Shown here: positions 28,114 to 36,925 of the stretch, in pieces
Layout: every line of letters starts with the position of its first letter
Numbering within the stretch: position 1 is the first letter of the stretch
Assembly: GCA_021798355.1 (NCBI GenBank)
Contig: JAJZMG010000018.1
Location: 1-40,246 of the forward strand
From: Nanobdellota archaeon
Lineage (GTDB): Archaea; Nanobdellota; Nanobdellia; Parvarchaeales; Parvarchaeaceae
DNA length: 40,246 bases
Direction: 5' to 3'
Program-made: the position numbers and the translations under genes
The notes under the pieces: model-generated
Told to the model about the DNA's origin: nothing
Databases searched by the model: none
What the model saw: only the letters and a program-made list of their open reading frames with translations

Positions 28114-28779
28114 ATGGTAGAAATAAAAAGAATACCTACGGGTATACAGGGCCTAGATAAAAAGATAGAAGGTGGGTTTGAAGCAGGTTCTGTAGTAAGT
28201 GTATTGGGTGGGCCCGGATCTGGAAAATCCCTGCTAGGCATGTCATTTTTACATGAAGGCTTAAAGAACGGAGAAACATGCCTTTTAGTATCATTTGAAG
28301 AAAACGTTGATGATTTAATACTTGATATGGAATCTATCGGTTTTGTGGATGTAAGAAAGTTTATTGCTGATAAAAAATTAATAGTTTCATTTAATTCGCC
28401 TATAAACTTTGAATATTTGGGTGTGCTTGATGTAATCCAAGAGAACAATGTTTTTAGGGTTGTAATTGATTCTTTGTCTGCCATCTCTATGTATATGGAA
28501 GACAGAGGCAAATTCAGGAAATTCATGCTGGATTTAGTTACCGAGCTCAAAAAGTTTAAGGTAACTGCAATAGTTACTGATGAGCAGCCGCAGGTTTCTG
28601 ATGGTGATACACTTTACTTCAGTGGTGAGTACCTTTCTGATGCAGTCATAAAGTTGTTCTATACAGGTTTGGGTGGCGATTTCGACAGAAGCATGCAGAT
28701 AGTGAAGATGAGAAGAACCAACAATGATAGATCAATGCTTCCGATGAGAATAGATAAAGGCGGCATATATGTCAAATGA
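28114..28779 (+). CDS. Single-domain KaiC-like RecA-superfamily ATPase
   Basis: RIPTGIQGLD..GGF, Walker A GGPGSGKS, SFEE, Walker B VVIDS, EYLSDAVIKL, R.MQIVKMR. Confidence 0.93.
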   Translation: MVEIKRIPTGIQGLDKKIEGGFEAGSVVSVLGGPGSGKSLLGMSFLHEGLKNGETCLLVSFEENVDDLILDMESIGFVDVRKFIADKKLIVSFNSPINFEYLGVLDVIQENNVFRVVIDSLSAISMYMEDRGKFRKFMLDLVTELKKFKVTAIVTDEQPQVSDGDTLYFSGEYLSDAVIKLFYTGLGGDFDRSMQIVKMRRTNNDRSMLPMRIDKGGIYVK

Positions 28780-29290
28780 TTCTAGTCCCAAAGACTTCTT
28801 AAACAAAATGCTTTTAACTGGAAATATAACCTTTGACGGTAAGCATCTTTTGTTAATGGGTAGGCCAGGTTTATTGCTAAATGCCGATATACTAGTTAGT
28901 TTGTATGGATACCTTTTAAAGTACGATAAGGATGCACTTTTTAATGCGGGTGTTAAGTCAATTAATGACATAATAATAGATTATAAAAATAGATTTAGTG
29001 ATATAAACAAAATTTTTTCATTATTATCTGAGATCGTAGAAACTTCTGGCCTTGGCGAGTTTGATTTTGTTTTCGAAAAGTTAAATTCTATTCTTAGAGC
29101 TAATAATTCAATTATTCCAATAAGATATTTGACGCTTTTTGGAAGATCAGATAAACCCATTTGTTTCTTTTTGACAGGCATGTTTTATCAGTCTTTAAAG
29201 ATAGTATTTAACAAGGATTACAAAGTTGAGGAGGTGACGTGCATCGCTAAAGGAGACAATGTATGTACTTTTTTAGCTAAAGAAATTTAA
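28769..29290 (+). CDS. V4R-domain (XylR/DmpR-type ligand-binding) protein
   Basis: SGLG, PICFFLTG, VEEVTCIAKGDNVCTF: the Cys/Glu/Cys/Cys pattern of V4R. Confidence 0.88.
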   Translation: MSNDSSPKDFLNKMLLTGNITFDGKHLLLMGRPGLLLNADILVSLYGYLLKYDKDALFNAGVKSINDIIIDYKNRFSDINKIFSLLSEIVETSGLGEFDFVFEKLNSILRANNSIIPIRYLTLFGRSDKPICFFLTGMFYQSLKIVFNKDYKVEEVTCIAKGDNVCTFLAKEI

Positions 29291-29292
29291 TT

Positions 29293-30642
29293 ATGAAACC
29301 TAGTTTAAAGAACACTTTGGAATATGCATTTAAAAATGTTGATTTTTATAAGCAGGATAACTATAAAAAAATATTATCTGAGAATAGAGGCAAACTTGAC
29401 CATCTTCTACTTTCGCGATTACCAATAATTGACGGAAATTATTTTTTGAATGATTTTTATAAGTTTATTCCGTCAAATCCAAATTCATACATATTTGACT
29501 TTGAAACATCTGGTTCATCGGGTACTCCAAAGAATATACCCGTAGATGTTAATTTTATGAGTGATTATGTTAATGGAGTTATAAATATTTTTAATGATAT
29601 ACTCGATGGCGCTCCAAAATTTTATATAAATATAGCACCTCCAAAACCAGCAATAAGTGGGGTTCTTATGAGTAGATTAGTTGAGCTAGTAAATGGGATT
29701 GAATTTGTTCCTGGCCCAGGGCAGAGAATTTTAGATGTGTTGCGAAATGCTTATGCAGTATACTCAAATCATAAAAACATGGGCAAAAAAGTAAATATAA
29801 TGGCGATATCCTCTTTACTATTTAGGGAAGTTTATAGTTTGAATAAAGATGAATTGAATGAATTAAAGAGTTTAACAAATAGCCTTGATGTGTATGTTTT
29901 GTTAGCTGGAGAGCCAGTTGATTTCAATAGGGTAAAGTTATTACAAAAGATGTTTAATACTAAAGGGGTAATAGATTTAATAGGCACAACAGAGGGGGCT
30001 TCTGGTTATAGATTTTATAGCTATAACAATATAATAAATAACAATGATCCGGGGTATGAATTTATAATGAATGATTATAACGTGCATTATAGCATTTTTG
30101 ACGGTAATAAGTTATTAGAATTAAATAATAAAAACGTTGGGGAAAAAGGAGAATTAACCATAACACAAAAATCGCGTAAAAACAAAACTATTTGCCCATT
30201 AATTAATTATAATATGAAAGAATTAGTGATTTTTCGTGGATTTTATAAAGGGAAACCAAAGTTTGAGTTTATCGGCAGGAGTAATAAGCTAACTAATTTT
30301 AGTGTATCAAAATTAAATGATAATATTATAGATGATGTAATTGCGGGGGCAATTTTAAATTATGATGTCGGCGAGGGATATGCAGAGATTACGAGAGAAA
30401 ATGGTTTAGATAAGTTGTTGTTCCATTTCTATAAAAAAGGTTTTAATGGAGATAAGAACTCAATTAAAAGTTTTTTAGAAAACGCTTTATCTAATCATGA
30501 AATGGAGCTTTCTTATGTTATTAAAAACAAATTAGGATTAATAGATATTGATATCACGGACAAGAAAGAAGACATACCATTTTACGTTCAAAAGGGCAAA
30601 TCCATACGTTTAATGGATAAAAGAGGGATAGAACACTACTGA
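29293..30642 (+). CDS. PaaK-like adenylate-forming enzyme (ANL superfamily)
   Basis: LEYAFKNVDFY, SRLPII, ETSGSSGTPK, AGEP, GTTE, GELTIT, PLINY, GRS, GKSIRLMDKR parallel PaaK motifs. Confidence 0.8.
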   Translation: MKPSLKNTLEYAFKNVDFYKQDNYKKILSENRGKLDHLLLSRLPIIDGNYFLNDFYKFIPSNPNSYIFDFETSGSSGTPKNIPVDVNFMSDYVNGVINIFNDILDGAPKFYINIAPPKPAISGVLMSRLVELVNGIEFVPGPGQRILDVLRNAYAVYSNHKNMGKKVNIMAISSLLFREVYSLNKDELNELKSLTNSLDVYVLLAGEPVDFNRVKLLQKMFNTKGVIDLIGTTEGASGYRFYSYNNIINNNDPGYEFIMNDYNVHYSIFDGNKLLELNNKNVGEKGELTITQKSRKNKTICPLINYNMKELVIFRGFYKGKPKFEFIGRSNKLTNFSVSKLNDNIIDDVIAGAILNYDVGEGYAEITRENGLDKLLFHFYKKGFNGDKNSIKSFLENALSNHEMELSYVIKNKLGLIDIDITDKKEDIPFYVQKGKSIRLMDKRGIEHY

Positions 30643-30643
30643 T

Positions 30644-31741
30644 TTAGGACCTTGAAAGGTTTGAAACGCCGTCTATCTCCTTAAATGACTTTGTTGCTTT
30701 CGTTGTCTTTCTCCTTACGGCGTAGTCCTCGTCATTTATTAGCAGAAGTTCTGGTTCAGCAACTATCATCTTTGTTTGTGCCTTTTCTCCGTATTTAGTG
30801 GTTTTTCCACCGTAGTTCATATATATAAATGTAAGGGGGAAAGAGGGGAAATAGGTTATATTATTATCGCCTGAAAAACCTATTGAGGATTTTCCTGCGT
30901 AATGACCGTACATAGGTATAAGCTTTTTACCAATTTCTTTTTCTGTCTTTTTTAATCCTTTTCCAGTTATCTGTGTACCAGACACCTTTATTAAATTAGT
31001 GTCGTAAAACAGGTCTTTAGGTAACATTGAAAGCATCTCCATCGCAGCCGTAGCTATTCCAACGTTACCTTCTTTTAATAAGTAAGTCTCCTTTTCCATG
31101 ACAGGTTTCATTGCCTGCATCATCTCTTGTGGACTTAAAAGTTTCAATCCCTTTGTCTCAAATTCATTTCCTACATATTCCATTCGAAGGAGTTCTGCTA
31201 GTTTTTTGTGTTCTTCCTGGTAAGCGCCTACAGGGCCTGCGGCCAGTAATTTCTTGTTTTTTAGCTCCTTTACTGGATACTGCGCCTTTATTCCGGTGTA
31301 TTCATTGACTGCCGATATATACAAAGATTGCGGTGTATGGTAAACTGTTTTTGCTGGTCCGGTAGTTCCAGAGGAAGAACTTTTAAACATAGTATCTGTT
31401 TTAAAACCTGTAGGCATGTAATAACGTTCGTAACCTCTCTCCTCCTTTAAAAGGTTGGAATCAGAATTACCTAAAAGCGAAACTAACTCATCTAAGCTTT
31501 TGGCGTTGTATATTTTGGCGGGAGTTATATCCTTGATGTATGCTTTCGAAACCCAATACCTTGAGCCGGTACTACCGTTTATTTGATAGTTTGCCACTTC
31601 CTTTAACCAATTCAGCATTCCGTCTTCAACGTTACTATTTAACAATGCTTTATCAAAGGGTTTTTTAAACTTAGACCATTCTCCTTCGAATAAGTTCTCC
31701 CCATTAGCGTACTTTCTCAAGTTTTTTATATAATTATTCAT
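30644..31741 (-). CDS. EhpF/GriC-like atypical adenylate-forming enzyme
   Basis: GSTGSRYW, SSSGTTGPAK, AGP.G, SGT, PMYG, ITYFPSFP, YGEKAQ, DGVSN. 365 aa with no C-terminal ANL subdomain. Subfamily call is from recalled motif pattern. Confidence 0.65.
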   Translation of the reverse strand: MNNYIKNLRKYANGENLFEGEWSKFKKPFDKALLNSNVEDGMLNWLKEVANYQINGSTGSRYWVSKAYIKDITPAKIYNAKSLDELVSLLGNSDSNLLKEERGYERYYMPTGFKTDTMFKSSSSGTTGPAKTVYHTPQSLYISAVNEYTGIKAQYPVKELKNKKLLAAGPVGAYQEEHKKLAELLRMEYVGNEFETKGLKLLSPQEMMQAMKPVMEKETYLLKEGNVGIATAAMEMLSMLPKDLFYDTNLIKVSGTQITGKGLKKTEKEIGKKLIPMYGHYAGKSSIGFSGDNNITYFPSFPLTFIYMNYGGKTTKYGEKAQTKMIVAEPELLLINDEDYAVRRKTTKATKSFKEIDGVSNLSRS

Positions 31742-31819
31742 TCTATAATAGTGATAAGTTGTAATATAAATACTTTACTTAGAACCAAAATTATATAACA
31801 TACGCATATATAACTTACT

Positions 31820-32038
31820 ATGATAACGGAGGAATTGAGCAGTAAAAAGAAAAAAATCTTTTTTTCTGTAGTTATAGTTTACTTTTTAGTCGGGTTTTTG
31901 CTTATACTTATATTCCTGACAAGGTATTTTGGTCCAAACGGAGCTAGTCTTATAGGAATACTTTATCTAGCATTGGGCTGGCTGTTCCTTTATCGCTGGA
32001 AAGGGTTGTTCAAGATAATGAAAATAAAATACAAGTAG
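31820..32038 (+). CDS. Small 2-TM membrane protein
   Basis: 72 aa, two hydrophobic helices, TTATATAA at 31791. Confidence 0.6.
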   Translation: MITEELSSKKKKIFFSVVIVYFLVGFLLILIFLTRYFGPNGASLIGILYLALGWLFLYRWKGLFKIMKIKYK

Positions 32039-32044
32039 AGCTTC

Positions 32045-33214
32045 ATGATAAAAAACAATGTCAAGGATTCTGGTATCTCATTTGTTCATATAGTATTTAC
32101 TATAATGATAATAACCTTTTCTATACGAGCAAGCAACAACATGCTTACTACCTCCGTTCCACTACTGGTCAAGTATTATTTTGGTTTCTCTGAAACAGAA
32201 GTCGGATTAATAGCGGCCTTATTGTCTTTTACCACTTTTCTCACGACGGCTTTTTTAAATGCTAAGTTATCGGCAAACAAAAGGCGCGTAGCGTTTATAG
32301 TTTCTAATTTCATTTACATGCTTGTATTTATCAGCATATGGGTTTCCAATTTTTACAGCATTTGGGCATTAGCAGCAATAATGGGCGTTCTTCTAGGGTT
32401 CATAATGCCTAACATAATAACGGCTGCCGGCCTTTTCAAAGATCCAAAGACAAGGGACAGAATACTGTCCATTTACACGGTCATATTGAGTTTTAGCCTT
32501 ATAATCGGTCCGTTGATAGAGTCGGAGCTTCTCAAATTTGTAAACATACGGGAAGCATTTCTTATATTTGCGTTATTTGGTTTAATTTCATTTGTTCTTT
32601 CTCCTTTAATGAAGTTTCCGGTTGAAAAGCAGAAAAAGATCAAGGTCAAAGTGTTTTCAAACTACGGTTTCCGCTCAGCTGTTTTCAATATAATGGCATA
32701 TAATATACCCTTTGCAGTATTGATAGCATTTGCAGGAATATACGAAAGGGACACTTTCAAAATCTCTCTTTCCTTTGTTACCTTGGTGTTTTCGTTATTT
32801 TTCCTTACGTCCTTTTTATCGAGGATATATCTATCGATTAAACCTCCTAACAACATAAAATTTATGATGAATGGAACAATCGTTTTAACGCTAATAGGCA
32901 TAACAGTAATGGTTTTTTCGAGGAATTTAGAGATATTCATAGTTTCATTTCTGATTTTGGGGATACCACACGGTTTTGCATACCCTGTTTCAATAATTAC
33001 GCTTGGCAGGTCATTCCAGGCCAGATTAAGAAACGTTGCAAATAGTTACTTTTTTGCAATAATGATGGCAGTCGGCGTGCTTTTGCCAACCTTGTCAGGC
33101 TTTTCGATAGACAACATAGGTTTTAAGCTTACCTTTATTTTCATAACTCTTTTAATAGTTGTTTTGCTGGTATTAAATAATATTAATTTCAGGAGATGGA
33201 AACTTAATGTATGA
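32045..33214 (+). CDS. MFS transporter
   Basis: 389 aa, about 12 TM; SLIIGP and LGIPHGFAYP segments. Confidence 0.85.
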   Translation: MIKNNVKDSGISFVHIVFTIMIITFSIRASNNMLTTSVPLLVKYYFGFSETEVGLIAALLSFTTFLTTAFLNAKLSANKRRVAFIVSNFIYMLVFISIWVSNFYSIWALAAIMGVLLGFIMPNIITAAGLFKDPKTRDRILSIYTVILSFSLIIGPLIESELLKFVNIREAFLIFALFGLISFVLSPLMKFPVEKQKKIKVKVFSNYGFRSAVFNIMAYNIPFAVLIAFAGIYERDTFKISLSFVTLVFSLFFLTSFLSRIYLSIKPPNNIKFMMNGTIVLTLIGITVMVFSRNLEIFIVSFLILGIPHGFAYPVSIITLGRSFQARLRNVANSYFFAIMMAVGVLLPTLSGFSIDNIGFKLTFIFITLLIVVLLVLNNINFRRWKLNV

Positions 33215-33506
33215 CACGGATGATTAAAATATCTAAAAGCGGGATTGAAAAAGTGATAAGATACGTGCAAATCCGCTTAAACATAGAAAGATTGTGGTTT
33301 TTCCCCAGAAACAGTTTACGGAACATAGGCTAATGCTTTCAATGAGGAGGGGCATTAAAGAGAGATTTAAAGTAAATAGATGGCAGATACTTCCTTAACG
33401 GTGCATATCTGCAGCTTTGATCAACTGAAAGAAATAGAAGTTGTTATCTTTGTAAAATTAAATATACTTAGAATATAATTTAATACTTGAAAATTCATTT
33501 ACTTTC

Positions 33507-34436
33507 ATGGTAAAGTTAACCGTAAGAAACTTAAGCAAGAGATATAAGGATAAGAAAGGTAAAGGATTAGCGGCTTTAAAGAACATTTCTCTTGATTTGG
33601 ATATAAATGGAATATTTACATTGATAGGCAGAAACGGGGCTGGAAAAACCACTTTTATAAGGATAGTTTCTACTGAACTGCTTCCAACTACGGGAAAGGT
33701 ATACTTAGATGGAGTTGATGTCGTGGAAGATCCCAAAGGCATAAGGGATAGAATAGCAGTAATACCTCAGGAAGCGGAGCTTATACCCTGGATGACAGCA
33801 AGAGAAAATATATACGCATATCTGTTATGGAGGGGGTTCAGTTTTAAGGAGGCCAGAAAAAGGACAGATTCAGTTTTATCAAGGTTTAAATTGGAAAAAT
33901 ATGCGGATAAAATACCAAGGAAATTATCAGGAGGTACAAAGAGGAAGGTTTTGGTTGCATTGGTAATTTCCTCAGATGCAAAAATAATCTTTTTAGACGA
34001 GCCTACAACAGGTTTAGATCCCATATCGAGAAGGGAACTATGGGAGGTTCTTAATGAGTTGAAAAAAGAGCACCTTATAATACTAACAACACACTATCTT
34101 GAAGAGGCCGAGGAGCTTTCCGACTATATAATCATATTAAACAAAGGAAAGCTTGTAAGAGGGGGCACTATAAACGATATAAGAACTGCTGTAGGCTATC
34201 CATATGCAATAAAAATATTCAAGGGCTTCAATAGAAAAATCAGATTAAAAGGAAGAATTGTAAAGAAAAACGATGGTACTTTTCAGGTTTTTTCGGATGA
34301 AAAGGCAGCAAACAACCTTGCCCAAAAGTTGATAAAGACGAAGGTAAAGTTCTCAATCAATCCGACTTCATTGGAAGATATATTTTACATGCTGGTAGGC
34401 GATATAGACAAAGGGGAAGAACATGAAAACGAGTAA
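33507..34436 (+). CDS. ABC exporter ATP-binding subunit (DrrA-like)
   Basis: GRNGAGKTT, LSGG, FLDEPTTGLD, TTHYLEEAE. Confidence 0.95.
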   Translation: MVKLTVRNLSKRYKDKKGKGLAALKNISLDLDINGIFTLIGRNGAGKTTFIRIVSTELLPTTGKVYLDGVDVVEDPKGIRDRIAVIPQEAELIPWMTARENIYAYLLWRGFSFKEARKRTDSVLSRFKLEKYADKIPRKLSGGTKRKVLVALVISSDAKIIFLDEPTTGLDPISRRELWEVLNELKKEHLIILTTHYLEEAEELSDYIIILNKGKLVRGGTINDIRTAVGYPYAIKIFKGFNRKIRLKGRIVKKNDGTFQVFSDEKAANNLAQKLIKTKVKFSINPTSLEDIFYMLVGDIDKGEEHENE

Positions 34437-35166
34437 GTTTAGTCAGCTTTCTGCCTCAGTAATGGCTAATGCAATCTATGCCATGAAGAACTTCCCGGTC
34501 ATGCTTGTAAATACCATACTGGCTCCTTTCGGTTTGCTTATAATAATATTTTTTGTAAGTCACGGAACCTTGCTTGACGTTGGCATATTAGGGGCGTTCA
34601 TTTTGGTAATGGTAAATAACGGAATATCTATTCAGGGAGATCTTACGCACTTAAGGAATGACATGAAGCTGCAGGACATGCTTGTCAGTTCACCCGTTTC
34701 TCCCGCAATTTATGTGGCGGGCATAGCGTTATCCGAACTAGTTTTTTCTATTCCTGATCTAGTAGTTCTTTCCATCCTTGCTATTATATTTATCCATATT
34801 CCAGTAATTGCTGCCTTAACATTGGTAGCAGTCATGCTTCTTACCTTCATGTTTTCCATCTCCTTGGGTTTTTTTATTTCAACGATAAGCAGGGACGTTA
34901 TAGAAAGCTGGGCATTTATGGGTCTTATCTCAATGGTTTTATCCACCTTACCACCGGTTTACTATCCTGTTACATACATACCTATCCCTTTCAGATACCT
35001 TGCTTATATTTCACCTACAACCTTTTCTGCAATAATAGCACAGGGCAGCATAGGCTTTATTAAATTCTCAAGTTCATTTATTTTGACATCTTGGATAGTT
35101 CTTATTCTAGTTTCCGCCGCTTTAATTATATTTGCAATAAAGCGCTCCAGGTGGAGAGAGGAGTGA
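34423..35166 (+). CDS. ABC-2 type permease
   Basis: About 6 TM, PPVYYP..IP...SPTT; overlaps the ATPase gene. Confidence 0.9.
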   Translation: MKTSKFSQLSASVMANAIYAMKNFPVMLVNTILAPFGLLIIIFFVSHGTLLDVGILGAFILVMVNNGISIQGDLTHLRNDMKLQDMLVSSPVSPAIYVAGIALSELVFSIPDLVVLSILAIIFIHIPVIAALTLVAVMLLTFMFSISLGFFISTISRDVIESWAFMGLISMVLSTLPPVYYPVTYIPIPFRYLAYISPTTFSAIIAQGSIGFIKFSSSFILTSWIVLILVSAALIIFAIKRSRWREE

Positions 35167-35198
35167 ATTATTTTAACTGTATCTTGTTTTAAACAGTA

Positions 35199-35765
35199 AT
35201 GTATAATGATAAATTTTCAATAAGAAATATGTTGAAAATAGGGATACCAACGCTTCTTTTTCTGCCTATAATATTAGTCATAGCGTTGTTTTCTGGCAGC
35301 ATTCTTTTTTTGGATTACGTTCATGTGTTCAGCGGTGCTTCTTGGACAGGCATGGATCTTTTTATGGGCCTTTTTTTCTCCTTTGTTATGAAAGGACTTG
35401 ACAACGATGAGAGAGTTGAGGTATCTAAAAGGCTTACGCCGATGATGCTTTTTTTCATGCCCTCCATATCAGCAGTAACGATAACGGCGGGGATAATACT
35501 AGCAATGAAAGAAGGAATTTTTATTCTATCCTCCCCCATAATTATAGCCGTTCTTGTAATAGCTAGTATACTTACTTTACAAGGCATAGGCATATTCCTG
35601 CCAAATGAGTTAAGGGTTTATCTGGAGATAAAGCACGGCAGTAAAGACAAAGATAAAATAGTAAGGCTTACAATGTTTAACTTAAAACTAGCATTCAGCC
35701 AAGTTATCTTTCAAATAGCAATAATACTGCTTATGGCACATCTTGCTACGGGGTTAGCGCTATGA
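35199..35765 (+). CDS. Membrane protein with H-V-x4-W-x-G motif (CopD/DUF2269-like), paralog 1
   Basis: DYVHVFSGASWTGMDLFMG; 5 TM. Confidence 0.6.
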   Translation: MYNDKFSIRNMLKIGIPTLLFLPIILVIALFSGSILFLDYVHVFSGASWTGMDLFMGLFFSFVMKGLDNDERVEVSKRLTPMMLFFMPSISAVTITAGIILAMKEGIFILSSPIIIAVLVIASILTLQGIGIFLPNELRVYLEIKHGSKDKDKIVRLTMFNLKLAFSQVIFQIAIILLMAHLATGLAL

Positions 35766-36310
35766 TGATTAATTTTAGGTCTATTTACAGGTTCGGGGCA
35801 GTATCTGCAGCCTTGCCGTTGCTTTTTTTGGTTATAGTCTATGCGGTCAAGGACTACCTTTTAATAGACTATATACATGTTCTTGCCGCAGCGTTATGGC
35901 TGGGTTGTAATCTTTTTATGGGTTTCATATTCTACATTGTAATAAAAGATTTGGATGATAAGGAAAAGGTTGACATAACTATAAGGCTGCTTCCTCTTAC
36001 GTTGTTTTTTATACCCTCTATAACTTTAACCACAGTAATCGCAGGCTACATACTTGCCTTTTACATAGGCCTTTTTTCATACTCTGCTTTCATCTACATG
36101 CCAATAATTGTAATCTCCACGGTCCTTCTCTTGCTCTCTTTCATTTATTATATAGGAGATTCTCTGGGGATAATAATGATTTTAAATCATAAGACAAACA
36201 TTAAAAAAGTCATAGAACTTTCTATGAGAAACTTCAAAGTCGCCTTTGTCCAGTTGATATTACAGTCTATAATAATAGGATTTATGGCCTACATAGTCGT
36301 ATCATTATAA
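35762..36310 (+). CDS. Membrane protein with H-V-x4-W-x-G motif, paralog 2
   Basis: DYIHVLAAALWLGCNLFMG; alignable to 35199 along its length; ATGA overlap. Confidence 0.6.
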   Translation: MMINFRSIYRFGAVSAALPLLFLVIVYAVKDYLLIDYIHVLAAALWLGCNLFMGFIFYIVIKDLDDKEKVDITIRLLPLTLFFIPSITLTTVIAGYILAFYIGLFSYSAFIYMPIIVISTVLLLLSFIYYIGDSLGIIMILNHKTNIKKVIELSMRNFKVAFVQLILQSIIIGFMAYIVVSL

Positions 36311-36336
36311 TTTTATTATAATTAAATAGTAAAATA

Positions 36337-36344
36337 TTTATATA
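36337..36344 (+). promoter_or_regulatory. TATA box (TTTATATA)
   Basis: Starts 28 nt upstream of ATG 36365. Confidence 0.6.
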
Positions 36345-36364
36345 GGTTGATTTCATAATAACTT

Positions 36365-36910
36365 ATGAATAAAAAACTTGATGATTCTCTTTCAGATGTA
36401 TTTGTGAAACCTGAAACAGGTTTGTATACTGAACTTTTTTTGATCGAAGAGCTAGGCCTTGGTAAAAAAGCGGGCAACTACTTGAAAGCGAAATACAGCC
36501 CAAATGAACGGTTTAAGATGATGAAAAGAGAGTATAATACGGCTCCGGAAAACATCGTTAAACCTATTGCATTAAAGGAGTTGGACGGCGAAAAAGTGTA
36601 TATACTAGAAAAGATAACTGGTAATATGTTTATGGACTCTCTTTATAAAGTAAGAGAAAACAAACAGCTTTTATACAGCATAAAGCAACAGCTTGAATCT
36701 ACAGTAGAAAAATTACATAGCAATGGTTATGTCCACGGCGATTTAATGGGCGCAAATAACATTATGCTTACGAAAGACGGAAAAATCAAACTTATAGACT
36801 CTCTATACATACCTAAAAATTTTGAATACAAAAAAGCTTTCATTGAACTTGATAACAATGCAGTAAAATCTGTTATAAATACAATGTATACAAAATTTAT
36901 TGGTAGATGA
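36365..36910 (+). CDS. Minimal protein-kinase-like protein (RIO/Bud32/Kdo-like fold)
   Basis: YILEKI.G hinge, LH..GYVHGDL...NIM catalytic loop, IKLID. Confidence 0.8.
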   Translation: MNKKLDDSLSDVFVKPETGLYTELFLIEELGLGKKAGNYLKAKYSPNERFKMMKREYNTAPENIVKPIALKELDGEKVYILEKITGNMFMDSLYKVRENKQLLYSIKQQLESTVEKLHSNGYVHGDLMGANNIMLTKDGKIKLIDSLYIPKNFEYKKAFIELDNNAVKSVINTMYTKFIGR

Positions 36911-36925
36911 AATATTTAGTTTAAA

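Noticed and set aside
28114-28779. Circadian clock interpretation of the KaiC-like gene
   Set aside because: Single domain, no kaiA or kaiB nearby, and the position matching the KaiC S/T phosphosites reads EY.
27183-29181. Several minus-strand ORFs (up to 150 aa) over SPFH, KaiC-like and V4R genes
   Set aside because: Shadow ORFs of conserved plus-strand genes.
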